From Verrucomicrobiales bacterium (GTDB lineage Bacteria > Verrucomicrobiota > Verrucomicrobiia > Methylacidiphilales > JAAUTS01), in NCBI GenBank assembly GCA_031256975.1, contig JAIRPN010000002.1, positions 4,837-68,836 on the forward strand: 64,000 nt of DNA, in the 5' to 3' direction. A model generated the notes under the pieces. The model was not told where the DNA came from. It did not search any database and saw only the letters and a list, made by a program, of their open reading frames with translations. Of this stretch, positions 24,114 to 34,852 are shown in pieces. The translations under genes were made by a program, and so were the position numbers. Within the stretch, counting starts at the first letter, position 1; each line of letters begins with the position of its first letter.

Positions 24114-25463
24114 TTAGCATTCCCCGGCCACCCGGCGCGCCAAGCGCACACCGTTCTCCAGACAATTTAACACCGAAATCCCGCCGCGAAAGTTTCCGGC
24201 AAAATGCAACCCTTCGGCCCTGCCTTCGATTTGCTCCAATTTTTCCAAGACCCTGCCATAACCAACCGACAATTGCGGAATGGCCATGCTATGCGACATG
24301 TCGCAAAGGAATTCCGGTTGCACGCTAATGGCAAGGTATTGCCGCAAAGCCTGCAACGCCTCTTCCCGGGCTTGCTCAGGAAACCAGCGCAATACTTCCG
24401 GATTCCTCGCCCCACCCATCATGACAGTCAGCAATACCTTCCCCTCCGGCGCACGACCGGGAAACAACGAAGAAGAAAACAGCACGCCGAGCAGGTTCCT
24501 GTTCTCCTTTTCGGGAACTAAAAAACCAAAACCGTCCAGGGGATGCGGCACATCTTTTTTGTCGAATCCCAGATACAGCACTCGCAACGGCGCATGCCGC
24601 ACCTGTGAAAATATATCCAGCTCCTCCTGGCGCACCTCGCTGTTAGCGACCCGTCCCAAGGCACGCAACGGCACGGTTTCAATCACCTCGTCGAACTCCA
24701 GCCAATCCGCCGACCCGCTAACGGCGAGCAGCCACTTCGCACCGGACTTGCGCAATTGCTCCACGGTCGTGCTCAATCTCAACGCATCACCCAGTTCGGA
24801 TGCCAGCTTGTCGGTCAACTCCTGCAAGCCATTGGGAAACGAGACCATTTTTTTTCGCACCCTCAATTTCCTGTCGTTGGCGCGGATTTTTTTGATCATG
24901 CCACGGATCAACGAGCCTGCCTCACCCTCCGCGTTCCACAAGGTAGGGAACGCATAACGCGCCGACAACCCTTCCGGGGTGCCCGCGTAAATGCCGCTAA
25001 CCACGGGATTGACGATGTAATCCAAAAATTCCCTTCCACAGCGACGGCGTACAAAGTCCGCCAGCGATTCATCCTCGCGGTTGGCGTCGCGCTTTTTGAT
25101 GAACGGCTCGCATAATAAACGCAACTTCGCCCTCAAACTCAGTATCGGCGTCGTGAATGGATTGCCCGGCAAAGTCACCAAGCCGCCATTGCGCACAATG
25201 AAGCGTTTCCTCGCTTGGGGATTGGCCGTTTGCAAACGCTCCCGCAATCCCAATGAATCAATCAACTCTTCCCAGACCGGCCCGCCGGCCAACACTGTGT
25301 TGGGGCCAAATTCCAGGGTGTAGCCATCCGCCTTTTTGCTGGCAATCAATCCGCCAGCCCGGTCATTTTGCTCAAACACGCTAACGGCGAATCCCCGCCG
25401 TTTCAATTCGTAGGCCGCGCACAAACCGGTGATTCCGGCGCCAATGACCGCCACCCGTTTCAC
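24114..25463 (-). CDS. hemG: Protoporphyrinogen/coproporphyrinogen oxidase (HemY type)
   Basis: Motifs [27 protein letters not shown] and AIPQ; GTGA overlap with the hemE stop. Confidence 0.92.
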   Translation of the reverse strand: MKRVAVIGAGITGLCAAYELKRRGFAVSVFEQNDRAGGLIASKKADGYTLEFGPNTVLAGGPVWEELIDSLGLRERLQTANPQARKRFIVRNGGLVTLPGNPFTTPILSLRAKLRLLCEPFIKKRDANREDESLADFVRRRCGREFLDYIVNPVVSGIYAGTPEGLSARYAFPTLWNAEGEAGSLIRGMIKKIRANDRKLRVRKKMVSFPNGLQELTDKLASELGDALRLSTTVEQLRKSGAKWLLAVSGSADWLEFDEVIETVPLRALGRVANSEVRQEELDIFSQVRHAPLRVLYLGFDKKDVPHPLDGFGFLVPEKENRNLLGVLFSSSLFPGRAPEGKVLLTVMMGGARNPEVLRWFPEQAREEALQALRQYLAISVQPEFLCDMSHSMAIPQLSVGYGRVLEKLEQIEGRAEGLHFAGNFRGGISVLNCLENGVRLARRVAGEC

Positions 25464-26491
25464 GAATTCCTCCACGAGGTCACGGTCTCCACCAGCGCCC
25501 CGACATTCTCCGGCGGTATCTGTGGCAGTAGTCCGTGGCCCAGATTAAAGATGAATCCGCGTTTCCCATCCATCGACGCTAATAGCGATTGGGTCGCCCG
25601 GCGCACCAATATTTCATCCCCCAACAATAAAGCCGGATCAAGATTTCCCTGCACCGCAATCTTGGCAGGCAATTGTTCCCTTAATGATGGCAAATTGATC
25701 GTCCAATCAACACTGATTGCCGAAGCACCAGTCGCCGCCAACTCCTGCCAATTCTCCCCCCTGCCCTTGGCGAACAGAATGACCGGCACTTTCCCATCGA
25801 CGGCCCGCACAATCTGCTCGATCCATTGCAGCGAAGCCTGTTGATAAAACTCATCCGGGCACAAACCAGCCCAGCTGTCAAAAATCTGGATCGCGTCCAC
25901 ACCCGATTCCGCCAGAGCGCGGACATAATCACAGCAAACCGTGGTAATACTTTGCAATATTTCCCGGAACAGTTGCGCGTCCTCGCGAAACATCGCCATT
26001 AGCGTCGGCAAACCGCCCGAAACGCCACCGTCCACCATATAAGCCGCCAAGGTCCACGGCGAACCGCAAAAGCCGAGTAAGGCCTTGTCGTCCTTCAACT
26101 CACTGCGCACCAAACGCAGCGCCTGCATGACATAATCCAAGCTCTCCACCGCACCGCCAACAGCCAGCTTGCCCAGATCGTCACGTGACCGCACGCTAAA
26201 CGCCATCTGGATGCCGCCCTCCTCGCGGAACGAATACGGCAACCCCATCGCCTCGGGAATCACCAAAATGTCGGAAAAAATAATCGCCGCGTCCAACGCA
26301 TAACGTCGCAGCGGTTGCAGCGTAACCTCCGCCGCCAATTCCGGCGTGTGCGCCATTTCCAGGAAAGAATGTTTCGCCTTCAGCGCTCGGTACTCCGGCA
26401 AATAACGCCCCGCCTGCCGCATCAGCCAAACCGGCGGACGCTCCAGAGACTGACAATGGATTGCTTTTTGAAATCTCTCGCGGGAAGTCAC
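25460..26491 (-). CDS. hemE: Uroporphyrinogen decarboxylase
   Basis: Motifs [27 protein letters not shown] and FNLGHG. Confidence 0.97.
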   Translation of the reverse strand: MTSRERFQKAIHCQSLERPPVWLMRQAGRYLPEYRALKAKHSFLEMAHTPELAAEVTLQPLRRYALDAAIIFSDILVIPEAMGLPYSFREEGGIQMAFSVRSRDDLGKLAVGGAVESLDYVMQALRLVRSELKDDKALLGFCGSPWTLAAYMVDGGVSGGLPTLMAMFREDAQLFREILQSITTVCCDYVRALAESGVDAIQIFDSWAGLCPDEFYQQASLQWIEQIVRAVDGKVPVILFAKGRGENWQELAATGASAISVDWTINLPSLREQLPAKIAVQGNLDPALLLGDEILVRRATQSLLASMDGKRGFIFNLGHGLLPQIPPENVGALVETVTSWRNS

Positions 26492-26531
26492 AAGGTGACA
26501 TTTTCCCAATCCTGCCGCAAAGTGCAATGCT

Positions 26532-27329
26532 CTATTTGCGGCGCAGGCTGCCCGCGATCAGCAAAATGCCGAATCCCGCCGCCATTAGCGTCCACACCGA
26601 AGGTTCTGGTATGGAACTCGCCATGATGCTGTTGATCTGGTTTTGGTAGAAACTGAGTTGGGCAAGGTAAGTCTCCTTGGTGTCAGGATCATCAGCAATC
26701 ATAATTCCAGCCAATTGCCATTGGTGAGTAAACGAATTATAAATGAATCCCGCCCCACCCGAATCCCCCGGAACACCCCAAGCCATCGATGTGCCATAGT
26801 CCGTGCCAAATACCACGGTGGATATGCCATTATCCGAGTCTGTCGCGAGTGTATTGTTCAGAGTAACCGTATTTTCTCCCCAACTTTTTTCGGTATGCAA
26901 CGCATCATCCCCATAGCCGATCATGGCCACCGTAGCTCCAATACTAACACCGTTAGCCAAGGTCAATGCAGGCAATTGAGTATCCCCCGTTATTTGAAAA
27001 ATGATCAAATCTGCATTGGAAGAATTCGGATTCAACAGAGTATGAGTGGATCCTGCCACCGCCGTACAATCCACTCCATTAATAGTAACATTTCCCGCGC
27101 CCACATGCCCCGCAGTAATTACCCAACCGTTACCCAAATACACACAGCTCGCCCCGTTCAAATTACCAACGTAATCCCAGCCGCTAATGCTAACAGAACC
27201 CCAACCGCTCCCCCAATTGTTGATATCCGAACCCGTCGGTGCCGTGGTTTGAATTCCATTATTCACTTCCACCGCACGTAGCGTTAACGAGGAAATCAAC
27301 AAAGCCACCACCACTCCGAATGTTTTCAT
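26532..27329 (-). CDS. PEP-CTERM-anchored trypsin-like serine protease
   Basis: Signal peptide; catalytic motifs WVITAGH, ADL and GDSGG; C-terminal IPEPS-TM-RRK. Confidence 0.88.
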   Translation of the reverse strand: MKTFGVVVALLISSLTLRAVEVNNGIQTTAPTGSDINNWGSGWGSVSISGWDYVGNLNGASCVYLGNGWVITAGHVGAGNVTINGVDCTAVAGSTHTLLNPNSSNADLIIFQITGDTQLPALTLANGVSIGATVAMIGYGDDALHTEKSWGENTVTLNNTLATDSDNGISTVVFGTDYGTSMAWGVPGDSGGAGFIYNSFTHQWQLAGIMIADDPDTKETYLAQLSFYQNQINSIMASSIPEPSVWTLMAAGFGILLIAGSLRRK

Positions 27330-27438
27330 AGCCTGCGTGTATTTACTCCTTTCCCAATAAAAACTCAAATACAAACAATCCCCAAAAAGCAAACCCCTTG
27401 CCTTATGCTGCTCCGGCCCTATTTTATAAACCCTGATC

Positions 27439-28470
27439 ATGAAACCAAACCGCGGCATCTTTCTCGTCAATCTCGGCTCGCCAGACTCCACTTCCGTGGC
27501 GGACGTCCGCCGTTACCTGCGGGAATTCCTGATGGACGAACGGGTGATCGATACCAACCCGGTGTTGCGCTGGATCGTCATCAACTGCTTCGTGCTGCCG
27601 CGCCGCCCGCATAATACCGCGCACGCCTACCAACGTATCTGGACCGACCGGGGCTCGCCGCTGATTGCCACCTCGAGGAATCTGCAGCAACTGTTGCAAC
27701 AGCAAACCTCCCTGCCGGTCGCCCTCGGCATGCGTTACGGCAACCCTTCCATCCGCTCGGGATTGGAAAACCTGCGCGCGCAAAACCCGCACCTCGAGGA
27801 AATTCTGCTGATCCCCTTGTACCCGCACTATGCCATGGCCACCTGGGAAACCGTGGTCATCAAGACCAAGGAAGACCTCGCCTCGCTCGGCTGGAACATC
27901 CGTCTCACCGTGCTGCCTCCGTTCTACAACCAGAACTCCTACCTCGAGGCGCTAACGACCAGCATCCGCGAACAGCACCACGCCACCGACTACCTGCTGT
28001 TCAGCTATCACGGCGTGCCCTTGCGCCATTTAAAACAGGAAGACCCGACCGGCTGCCACTGCCTCGCTTCGCCAAACTGTTGCCAGACTCCCTCGACCGC
28101 GCACGCCAGTTGCTACCGCCACCAATGCTATTTCACCACCGAACAGGTCGCCAAACGATTGTCCCTGGCGCCGGGTCAACACTCCACTTCCTTCCAGTCG
28201 CGCTTCGGCAGGGAACCCTGGTGCCAGCCTTACACCGATGAAGAACTAATCCGCCTGGCCAAGAGCGGGGTGAAACGCATCTCGGTGGCCTGTCCGGCCT
28301 TTGTCTCCGACTGTCTGGAAACCCTTGAAGAAATCGGCATGGTCGGCAAGGAAAGCTTTCTCGCCAACGGCGGCGAATCGTTCCGACTGATTACCTGCCT
28401 GAATGAACATCCGCGCTGGGTGGAAACCTTAAGGGACTGGTCGGAACACTTTCCGGCGAACTGGAATTAA
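27439..28470 (+). CDS. hemH: Ferrochelatase
   Basis: Motifs LVNLGSP, MRYGNPS, PLYPHY, FSYHG, FQSRFG and DCLETLEEI. Confidence 0.97.
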   Translation: MKPNRGIFLVNLGSPDSTSVADVRRYLREFLMDERVIDTNPVLRWIVINCFVLPRRPHNTAHAYQRIWTDRGSPLIATSRNLQQLLQQQTSLPVALGMRYGNPSIRSGLENLRAQNPHLEEILLIPLYPHYAMATWETVVIKTKEDLASLGWNIRLTVLPPFYNQNSYLEALTTSIREQHHATDYLLFSYHGVPLRHLKQEDPTGCHCLASPNCCQTPSTAHASCYRHQCYFTTEQVAKRLSLAPGQHSTSFQSRFGREPWCQPYTDEELIRLAKSGVKRISVACPAFVSDCLETLEEIGMVGKESFLANGGESFRLITCLNEHPRWVETLRDWSEHFPANWN

Positions 28471-28504
28471 GCCACAGTCGGCTCATCAGTGTCCTGGTTC
28501 ACGC

Positions 28505-28677
28505 CAACAACGAATCACTTCCAGGCCATCCACGAGTTGCTTCAACCCAACAGCGGGTTGCTTCCGGCTCAACAATGAGTCATTTCAAGCTTAACAGTGA
28601 GTTACTTCAGTCCAACAGTAACTTACTTCAAACCAGCAGTGAATCACTTCAAACCTGAAGCGGGTCACTGCAGGCTC
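28505..28677. repeat. Degenerate 21-22-bp tandem repeat, about 8 units
   Basis: Consensus approximately CAACAGTGAGTYACTTCAARC. The CTTC-like core recurs at 28518, 28540, 28561, 28583, 28605, 28626, 28647 and 28668. Confidence 0.8.
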
Positions 28678-28698
28678 GGTTTTCCCTGCAAACCGAGC

Positions 28699-30189
28699 CT
28701 AAGTCCCGGCCAACTCTTCAACCAATTTCTCCAAGCGGCTTTCCGAGGCTTCCAGATTCACCTGCCAGCCCGCTTCCCGCACGCTCGCACTGGTAATCCG
28801 CCCGATGCTGGCAATTTTCAAGCCCGGCGGCAGCTTGCCGTTGGCGACCTTTTGAAAGTGCCGCACCGAGGAGGAACTGCAAAAGATCACCCAGTCCGGC
28901 GGCGCGGCGGAAAATACCTCGCGGTAACGCTCCTCCACCCCAGCGGCTTCGCTTGTTTCATAAACTTCCAAACGATCCACCTGCCAGCCCAGCTGCGACA
29001 ACCGGGTCATCACCGATTCCTCGGCAAGGTTGCCGCACACATGCAATGCCTTGCCGTTCGTGCTGCGGTCCGGCCATTCCTCGCACAAGGTTTCCGCCGT
29101 GTACACCTTCGGCACAAAATCCACCTTCAATCCGAGCGCCTTCAATTGCGCCCGCGTGGTCGGTCCCACTGCCGCGATCTTCAACCCGGCCAGTTCACGG
29201 ATGTCACGCTCCGCCAGCCAGTTCCTGAAAAAATAATCCGCACCATTCGGACTGGTAAAGATCAACCATTGATAATTCTTCGCCAATGACGCAGGAATTT
29301 TCAGCCCCGGCACCGCCTTGATCTGGATCATCGGCAGTTCCACCACATCCGCCCCCTGCGCCGCCAGCAATTGCCGCAGCTTGCTGTTCTGTTCCCGCGT
29401 CCGGGTAATCAGACAACGCTTGCCGCTCATCGGCCCCTTGTCGAACCACGACAACGGCTCCGCCAACGCCGCCACTTCCCCGATCACAATGATCGCCGGG
29501 GACGACAACTTCTCTGCATTGGCCGCTTCTGCCAGATGCCCAAGGCCCGCAACCACCCTGCGCTGCCCCGGCAAGGTGCCCCACTGCACCAAGGCTGCCG
29601 GAGTATCCGGTGACTTGCCCGCAGCAATCAGTGATTGCGCGATATGCGGCAGATTCTTCACCCCCATGTAAATCACCAGCGTGGTTTCCTGCAATTTCGC
29701 CAGCGCCGCCCAGTCCACGGTGCCGCTTTCCTTCGAGCAATCGTGACCGGTGACAAACACCACCGCCCCCGCGCGTTTACGATGCGTCAGCGGAATCCCC
29801 GCAAAGGCCGGGGCCGCGATGCCGGAAGTCACCCCCGGAATAACCTCAAATTTCAACCCCGCCGCCTGCAAAGCCTCAGCTTCCTCGCCGCCACGGCCAA
29901 AGATAAACGGATCGCCACCCTTCAACCGCACCACCGCCTTGCCCGCCGATACCAATTCCACCAGCAGGCGGTTGATGTCCTCCTGCTTCAACTCATGCAA
30001 CCCCGAACGCTTGCCCACGTAAATCCGTTCCGCCAACGGCGAGGCATAAGCCAGCACCGATTCGTTGATCAGGTTATCATAAACCACCGCCTCCGCCTGT
30101 CGCAGCACCTCGACCGCGCGCAGGGTCAGCAGTCCCGGATTCCCGGGCCCGCAACCGGTGAGATAACAAATACCCTGCTGCTGGTTCAT
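28699..30189 (-). CDS. cobA: Uroporphyrinogen-III C-methyltransferase / synthase fusion (CobA-HemD)
   Basis: GCGPGNPGLLT and RLKGGDPFIFGRGGEE, then HemD motifs LITR, IFTSPNG and SIGRIT. Confidence 0.95.
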   Translation of the reverse strand: MNQQQGICYLTGCGPGNPGLLTLRAVEVLRQAEAVVYDNLINESVLAYASPLAERIYVGKRSGLHELKQEDINRLLVELVSAGKAVVRLKGGDPFIFGRGGEEAEALQAAGLKFEVIPGVTSGIAAPAFAGIPLTHRKRAGAVVFVTGHDCSKESGTVDWAALAKLQETTLVIYMGVKNLPHIAQSLIAAGKSPDTPAALVQWGTLPGQRRVVAGLGHLAEAANAEKLSSPAIIVIGEVAALAEPLSWFDKGPMSGKRCLITRTREQNSKLRQLLAAQGADVVELPMIQIKAVPGLKIPASLAKNYQWLIFTSPNGADYFFRNWLAERDIRELAGLKIAAVGPTTRAQLKALGLKVDFVPKVYTAETLCEEWPDRSTNGKALHVCGNLAEESVMTRLSQLGWQVDRLEVYETSEAAGVEERYREVFSAAPPDWVIFCSSSSVRHFQKVANGKLPPGLKIASIGRITSASVREAGWQVNLEASESRLEKLVEELAGT

Positions 30190-30204
30190 AATCGACTGCC
30201 GGCG

Positions 30205-31125
30205 TCAACCCCGTTGCGCGGCCTTTTGTAAAATCTGCCGTGCCAGTTGGTGTCCCAGTTCATCGGCACGCAACGCGCTGCCGCTGATGCGCTCGCGGAT
30301 TCCCTCGGCCTTGCCGTCGGCGTAATAAACCGCCGAAAGATGCAGGCACACACCGTCATAAATCCTTGCCAAGGCCCCGACCGGGGCATGACAACCGCCC
30401 CCGATTCCCGCCAGAAAGGCGCGCTCGGTCTGTACTCGCGCAAAACTCGGGCGGTGGGTTACCATCCGCAACCAGTGGTGCAACGCCTCGTCCTGCCTGC
30501 CACACTGGACAGCAATGGCTCCCTGGCAGGGGGCCGGTTTGATAAAAGCGGTCGGCAATGGGGTGACAATCAGGCCCTCCGTTTCCGGACGCAGGCGATC
30601 CATTCCCGCCTGCGCCAGGATGATGCCGTCCCATTCGGGATTCTCGCGCAATTTGCGGATGCGGGTGTCGATGTTGCCGCGAATCGGCACAAACTCGCTG
30701 TCGGGATATTTTTCCTGCCATTGCAAACGGCGGCGGATGCTGCTGCTGGCGATCAACGGCTTGTTTTTTGCGGCAACCTGCTCAAACGGTTCGCGGGAAA
30801 TCAGCACATCGTTCACCGGCGCGCGGCTCAGCACGCCGCCGATGACCAGCTCCCGCGGCATCTCCACCGACATGTCCTTGGCGCTGTGCACTGCCACGTC
30901 AATGTGCCCAGCCAACAGGGCTTCCTCCAGTTCCTTGGTAAACACCGCCTTGGTCAGTTCCTCCGGCTTGGCGCCGTTCTGCTGCATGCGGTCGCCGGTG
31001 GTGGTGATCACCACGGTCTCCGCCTCCAGGTTGCAACCCGCCGCCGTTAGCGCCTGTTTGAAAATCTCCACCTGCGCCAGCGCCAGCTTGCTGCCACGCG
31101 AACCAATCTTGAGTTTGCCGCTCAC
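30205..31125 (-). CDS. hemC: Hydroxymethylbilane synthase
   Basis: Motifs IGSRGSKLALAQ, VHSAKD, RGNIDTR and GGCHAPVG. Confidence 0.97.
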   Translation of the reverse strand: MSGKLKIGSRGSKLALAQVEIFKQALTAAGCNLEAETVVITTTGDRMQQNGAKPEELTKAVFTKELEEALLAGHIDVAVHSAKDMSVEMPRELVIGGVLSRAPVNDVLISREPFEQVAAKNKPLIASSSIRRRLQWQEKYPDSEFVPIRGNIDTRIRKLRENPEWDGIILAQAGMDRLRPETEGLIVTPLPTAFIKPAPCQGAIAVQCGRQDEALHHWLRMVTHRPSFARVQTERAFLAGIGGGCHAPVGALARIYDGVCLHLSAVYYADGKAEGIRERISGSALRADELGHQLARQILQKAAQRG

Positions 31126-31129
31126 TGCC

Positions 31130-31675
31130 TTACTTTCCTAATAATTTGCCGACCAGTTTTTGCAACGGGTCGTAATCCTTCAAATCCTCCCAGCGGGCCG
31201 CTTCCTTGCCGTTCTGGTCAAACACGATCACCCGCAAGGTCTCCGCCGTTTCCTTCCAACCGAGCCGTACCGAGATGTCACCCTTGAAATCCGGCACCGC
31301 GCTGATGTCCGGCCGGGGATTTCCCTCATTGCCATTGCTGCGGTAAAACGGCGTGATGCGCTCCGCCTCCGTATCGAGGTCGCGGATCATCCGGCGCTGC
31401 GTGTAACCCTGCGCCAGATTTGCCAGCGAGCCGCGCAAATCCACCACTACCACGGTGCGAAATTCCGCCAGTCCCTGGAATTTGTCCAGCGACTTACTCG
31501 CCGCGCGGGTGTCATCCTGCACGTCTTCGTTGCTGTAAATGACCACGTGCACCTTGCCCGCCCCGTTCAACACCCGCTCGCGACCGTCCACGTCGGTGAT
31601 CTTGATCGGTTCCGCGGCGTTCAACATCAGCGGAACCAGGCACAAGATCAACATTAGCGTGCAAAACATTCTCAT
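31130..31675 (-). CDS. Hypothetical secreted protein, possible thioredoxin-like fold
   Basis: Signal peptide; overlaps the rlmI stop; ITDVDG...VIVFDQNGK pattern. Confidence 0.65.
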   Translation of the reverse strand: MRMFCTLMLILCLVPLMLNAAEPIKITDVDGRERVLNGAGKVHVVIYSNEDVQDDTRAASKSLDKFQGLAEFRTVVVVDLRGSLANLAQGYTQRRMIRDLDTEAERITPFYRSNGNEGNPRPDISAVPDFKGDISVRLGWKETAETLRVIVFDQNGKEAARWEDLKDYDPLQKLVGKLLGK

Positions 31676-32820
31676 TCCAAAACCTCCAAAATAAAGCCGC
31701 GCAAATATTCGCTTTCCGGCACGTTCAGCAGGATCGGATGATCCGCCGGTTGGCGACAGATCTCCTTCAACCGCACCGTGCGCCCCGCGTCACCTGCCGC
31801 ATCCGTCAGCATGTCCCAATATACATCATGCGTCACGTGATGGGAGCAGGAATAAGTCGCCAGCACCCCGCCGGGGGCCAAACGCTGCAAGGCCCGCAGA
31901 TTAAGCTCCTTGTAGCCGCGCATCGCCTCGCTGAGACGATCCTTGCTCTTGGTGAACGATGGAGGGTCAAGGATGATCACATCCCATTGCTTCTTGCGTT
32001 CGCGCGAGAAATAGTCGAACACATTCTCGGCATTAAAGGTCGCCTCCAGCTTGTTGTGATCGGCGTTTCGCTGTGCCAATTCAACCGCGTCCTTGGAAAT
32101 ATCCACACCAAACACTTCGCTGGCTTGGTGCTTAGCGGCATGCAGCGCGAAGCCGCCTTGATTGCAAAAAGCATCCAGCACCCGCTTTCCCGCACATAAC
32201 TCGGCGATCTTGCGATATTCCTCGCGCTGGTCGAGATAGAAGCCAGTCTTTTGTCCACCCGCCAGATCGAGCCAGAATTCCACTTCGCCAATCTGGCACC
32301 AATGCGGCTGCACGTCCTCTCCTGCCACGCTAACCGTAAGCTCCAGTCCTTCCTTGCTGCGGATCGGCGCGTCGTTTTTCAACAGGATCGACTCCGGCTT
32401 GAGCAATTCGTCAAAAATTTCCGCGATCTCGGCGATGTGTTTGTCCACTGCCAGCGTGAGCGCCTGCAATACGATGATATCGTTATAACGGTCGGCAATC
32501 AGGCCGGGAATGAAATCGGACTCCGACCAGACGAGTCGTTGTAACTTGTCATTACTGCGGCGTTGCAACGCGGCGCTAATGGCAGCATGGAAATAATCCC
32601 GGTTGAACGGCGCACGACCTGCGGAAAACTTGCGCCAGATGATCTGCGATTGCTCGTTATAGATTCCGCTGCCAAGCAAACGCCCCTGCGAATCACGGCA
32701 CTCCACCGCGCGGCCGTTATAATCGGTGCCGAGCGGCTGCTGGATTTCATTGGCAAACACCCACGGATGTCCCTTCAGGACACGCGGACGGTTGCCGGGT
32801 TTGAGTTTGAGCGCGGGCAT
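31672..32820 (-). CDS. rlmI: RlmI-type class I SAM-dependent rRNA methyltransferase
   Basis: GHPWVF PUA-like start; GQKTGFYLDQR, ILDPPSF and SCSHH. Confidence 0.9.
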   Translation of the reverse strand: MPALKLKPGNRPRVLKGHPWVFANEIQQPLGTDYNGRAVECRDSQGRLLGSGIYNEQSQIIWRKFSAGRAPFNRDYFHAAISAALQRRSNDKLQRLVWSESDFIPGLIADRYNDIIVLQALTLAVDKHIAEIAEIFDELLKPESILLKNDAPIRSKEGLELTVSVAGEDVQPHWCQIGEVEFWLDLAGGQKTGFYLDQREEYRKIAELCAGKRVLDAFCNQGGFALHAAKHQASEVFGVDISKDAVELAQRNADHNKLEATFNAENVFDYFSRERKKQWDVIILDPPSFTKSKDRLSEAMRGYKELNLRALQRLAPGGVLATYSCSHHVTHDVYWDMLTDAAGDAGRTVRLKEICRQPADHPILLNVPESEYLRGFILEVLE

Positions 32821-32877
32821 TGCAGAGAATTTAGGGAACTTTTCCCCCGCGTCGATGGAAAACGCCGACCGCCAAAC

Positions 32878-33411
32878 TCAGCTCTTTTGCGTCGCGAGGA
32901 AATCCAAAATGTTCTTGGCCTGCTCCTTGGTGGTGCCTTTGTGGTCGGCGTACACAATCTTGCCGTCGTGGATCAGATAAGCCTGCCGATGCGCGAAGGA
33001 CCCCACTACCGGCACGTCAACCGTGCCAACCTGAAAGGCGTTGATAATCTTGCGGTCCGTATCGGCAATCAAGGTGAACGGAAAATTCTGCTCTTTCTTG
33101 AACTCGGCCTGGGTCTTCACATCGTCCGTGCTCACGCCGATAACCGCCACACCCTTCTTGGTCAAATCCTCGTAAGCGTCACGCAAGGAACAGCCCTGGG
33201 CCGTGCATCCCGCCGTCTTGGCCTTCGGGTAAAAATACACCAGCGTGTAAGCGTGCTGTTTGTACACATCACCGAGATTAACCACCTCCCCGGTGTCCGA
33301 CACCCCGCTAACCGCGGGAGCGGCATCCCCGACATTCAACGGTTTTTCAGCGGCGAAGGAATTCAGAGTCAAGGCAGTCACGGCACCAAACAAAGCCAGG
33401 ATTTTTTTCAT
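32878..33411 (-). CDS. bcp: Peroxiredoxin BCP/PrxQ family, with signal peptide
   Basis: Motif YFYPKAKTAGCTAQGC. Confidence 0.85.
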   Translation of the reverse strand: MKKILALFGAVTALTLNSFAAEKPLNVGDAAPAVSGVSDTGEVVNLGDVYKQHAYTLVYFYPKAKTAGCTAQGCSLRDAYEDLTKKGVAVIGVSTDDVKTQAEFKKEQNFPFTLIADTDRKIINAFQVGTVDVPVVGSFAHRQAYLIHDGKIVYADHKGTTKEQAKNILDFLATQKS

Positions 33412-33467
33412 TGTTTAAATTTAACCCTCTTATTCCGCTCTGCGAGTGATTATTTGCAGTTATTCCC

Positions 33468-34076
33468 TCACTTGGCCGAGCTGGTCCACGGATTGCCGCT
33501 AATGCGGAAACGCCAGGGGCGCAAGGCGTCCTCGCCCGCGTAATGCACACCGATTCGCGGACTGGCCAGAATTTCGTCATTGGCGACTTTGACGCCCCGG
33601 TCTTCGATCCGAATGGCGGAATCCAGCAGATCAAAAGCGTTGTGCTTGACGCTAATGGCCAGGGCTTCGGTCAAGGTTGCAGGTCCGGCGCTCAGTCGCG
33701 ACGCTAATTGCGGCATCTTGCGACGACGCAACATGGTTTCAATCCCGTCCAGCGGCTCCAAGGCACGGATCAACACCGCGTCAGCTATTTCCTTGCGGTT
33801 GGTGACCACGTTGAACAAATGATGCAGGCCGTAACAAAGATAAACGTAGGCATGCCCGCCCTCACCGTACATCACTTCATTGCGCTTGGTACGGCGGCCG
33901 TTGTTGGCGTGGCAGGCGCGGTCGTCGCGTCCGCAATAAGCCTCGGTCTCGACAATCTTCCCCGCCGTTGGTGTTCCGTTGAATTGCGTGACCAACACTT
34001 TTCCCAGCAATTCCTTCGCGATTAACGTCACGTCGTCGCGCAAATAAAAATCACGCGGCAAAACCCTGTTTTTCAT
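33468..34076 (-). CDS. mpg: DNA-3-methyladenine glycosylase (MPG/AAG)
   Basis: Motifs IVETEAY, YVYLCYGLH, AVLIRALEP and PRIG. Confidence 0.95.
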   Translation of the reverse strand: MKNRVLPRDFYLRDDVTLIAKELLGKVLVTQFNGTPTAGKIVETEAYCGRDDRACHANNGRRTKRNEVMYGEGGHAYVYLCYGLHHLFNVVTNRKEIADAVLIRALEPLDGIETMLRRRKMPQLASRLSAGPATLTEALAISVKHNAFDLLDSAIRIEDRGVKVANDEILASPRIGVHYAGEDALRPWRFRISGNPWTSSAK

Positions 34077-34780
34077 GTCGTTTTTTCAGGATATTGCCTT
34101 GCGCCAAACAAGGCGGTGCCGACGCGTACAATGGTCGCGCCCTCTTCGATGGCGATTTGGTAATCGTGACTCATGCCCATGGAAAGTTCCGGGAACTTCG
34201 CGCCGCTGCGTTGTTCCAGTTCATCGCGAATTTCCCGCAACTTGCGGAAGAAGGGTCGAACCTTTTCCAATTCCTCAAAGAACGGCGCGACAGTCATGAA
34301 ACCTTTCAATTCCAGATTATTACAGGCAAAAATCGCACCCGCTAACGGCGAGACTTGTTCCGGCGCAGCGCCATGTTTCGAGCTCTCGCCACCGACGTTG
34401 ACCTCAATCAATACCTGTTGCACTTTCCCCGCCTCACGGGCACGCCGGTCGATTTCCTGCGCCAGTTCGACCGAATCCACCGAGTGGATCAGCGAGAACA
34501 AGCGCACCGCTTCCTTGGCTTTGTTCTTTTGCAAACCGCCGATGAACTGCCATTCGATATTAGCGGGCAGCAAGGGCTGTTTGTCCCGCGCCTCCTGCAC
34601 CCGGTTTTCCCCGAACACCCGCAACCCGGAATCATAAGCAATCCTTAACACTTCCGGGCTGACCTTCTTGCTGGCCGGAACCAGTTTCACTGTTAGCGGG
34701 TCGCGACCCGCCTTGACCGCCGCTGACCCGATTACCGACCTCACCCGCTCCAGGTTCATTCCGAACTCATCTGCATTCAT
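34073..34780 (-). CDS. yggS: YggS family PLP homeostasis protein
   Basis: Motifs FGENRVQE, LSMGMSHDY and VRVGTALFG. Confidence 0.95.
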   Translation of the reverse strand: MNADEFGMNLERVRSVIGSAAVKAGRDPLTVKLVPASKKVSPEVLRIAYDSGLRVFGENRVQEARDKQPLLPANIEWQFIGGLQKNKAKEAVRLFSLIHSVDSVELAQEIDRRAREAGKVQQVLIEVNVGGESSKHGAAPEQVSPLAGAIFACNNLELKGFMTVAPFFEELEKVRPFFRKLREIRDELEQRSGAKFPELSMGMSHDYQIAIEEGATIVRVGTALFGARQYPEKTT

Positions 34781-34852
34781 AATTAATAAAAAAGGTTTTC
34801 TATAATCCAAAAAGCTTGACTAATGATTAGCGTTGCTTATTTTGTTTCCACC

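Noticed and set aside
28505-28677. Possible CRISPR array
   Set aside because: The units are contiguous and degenerate, with no unique spacers, and there are no cas genes in the window.
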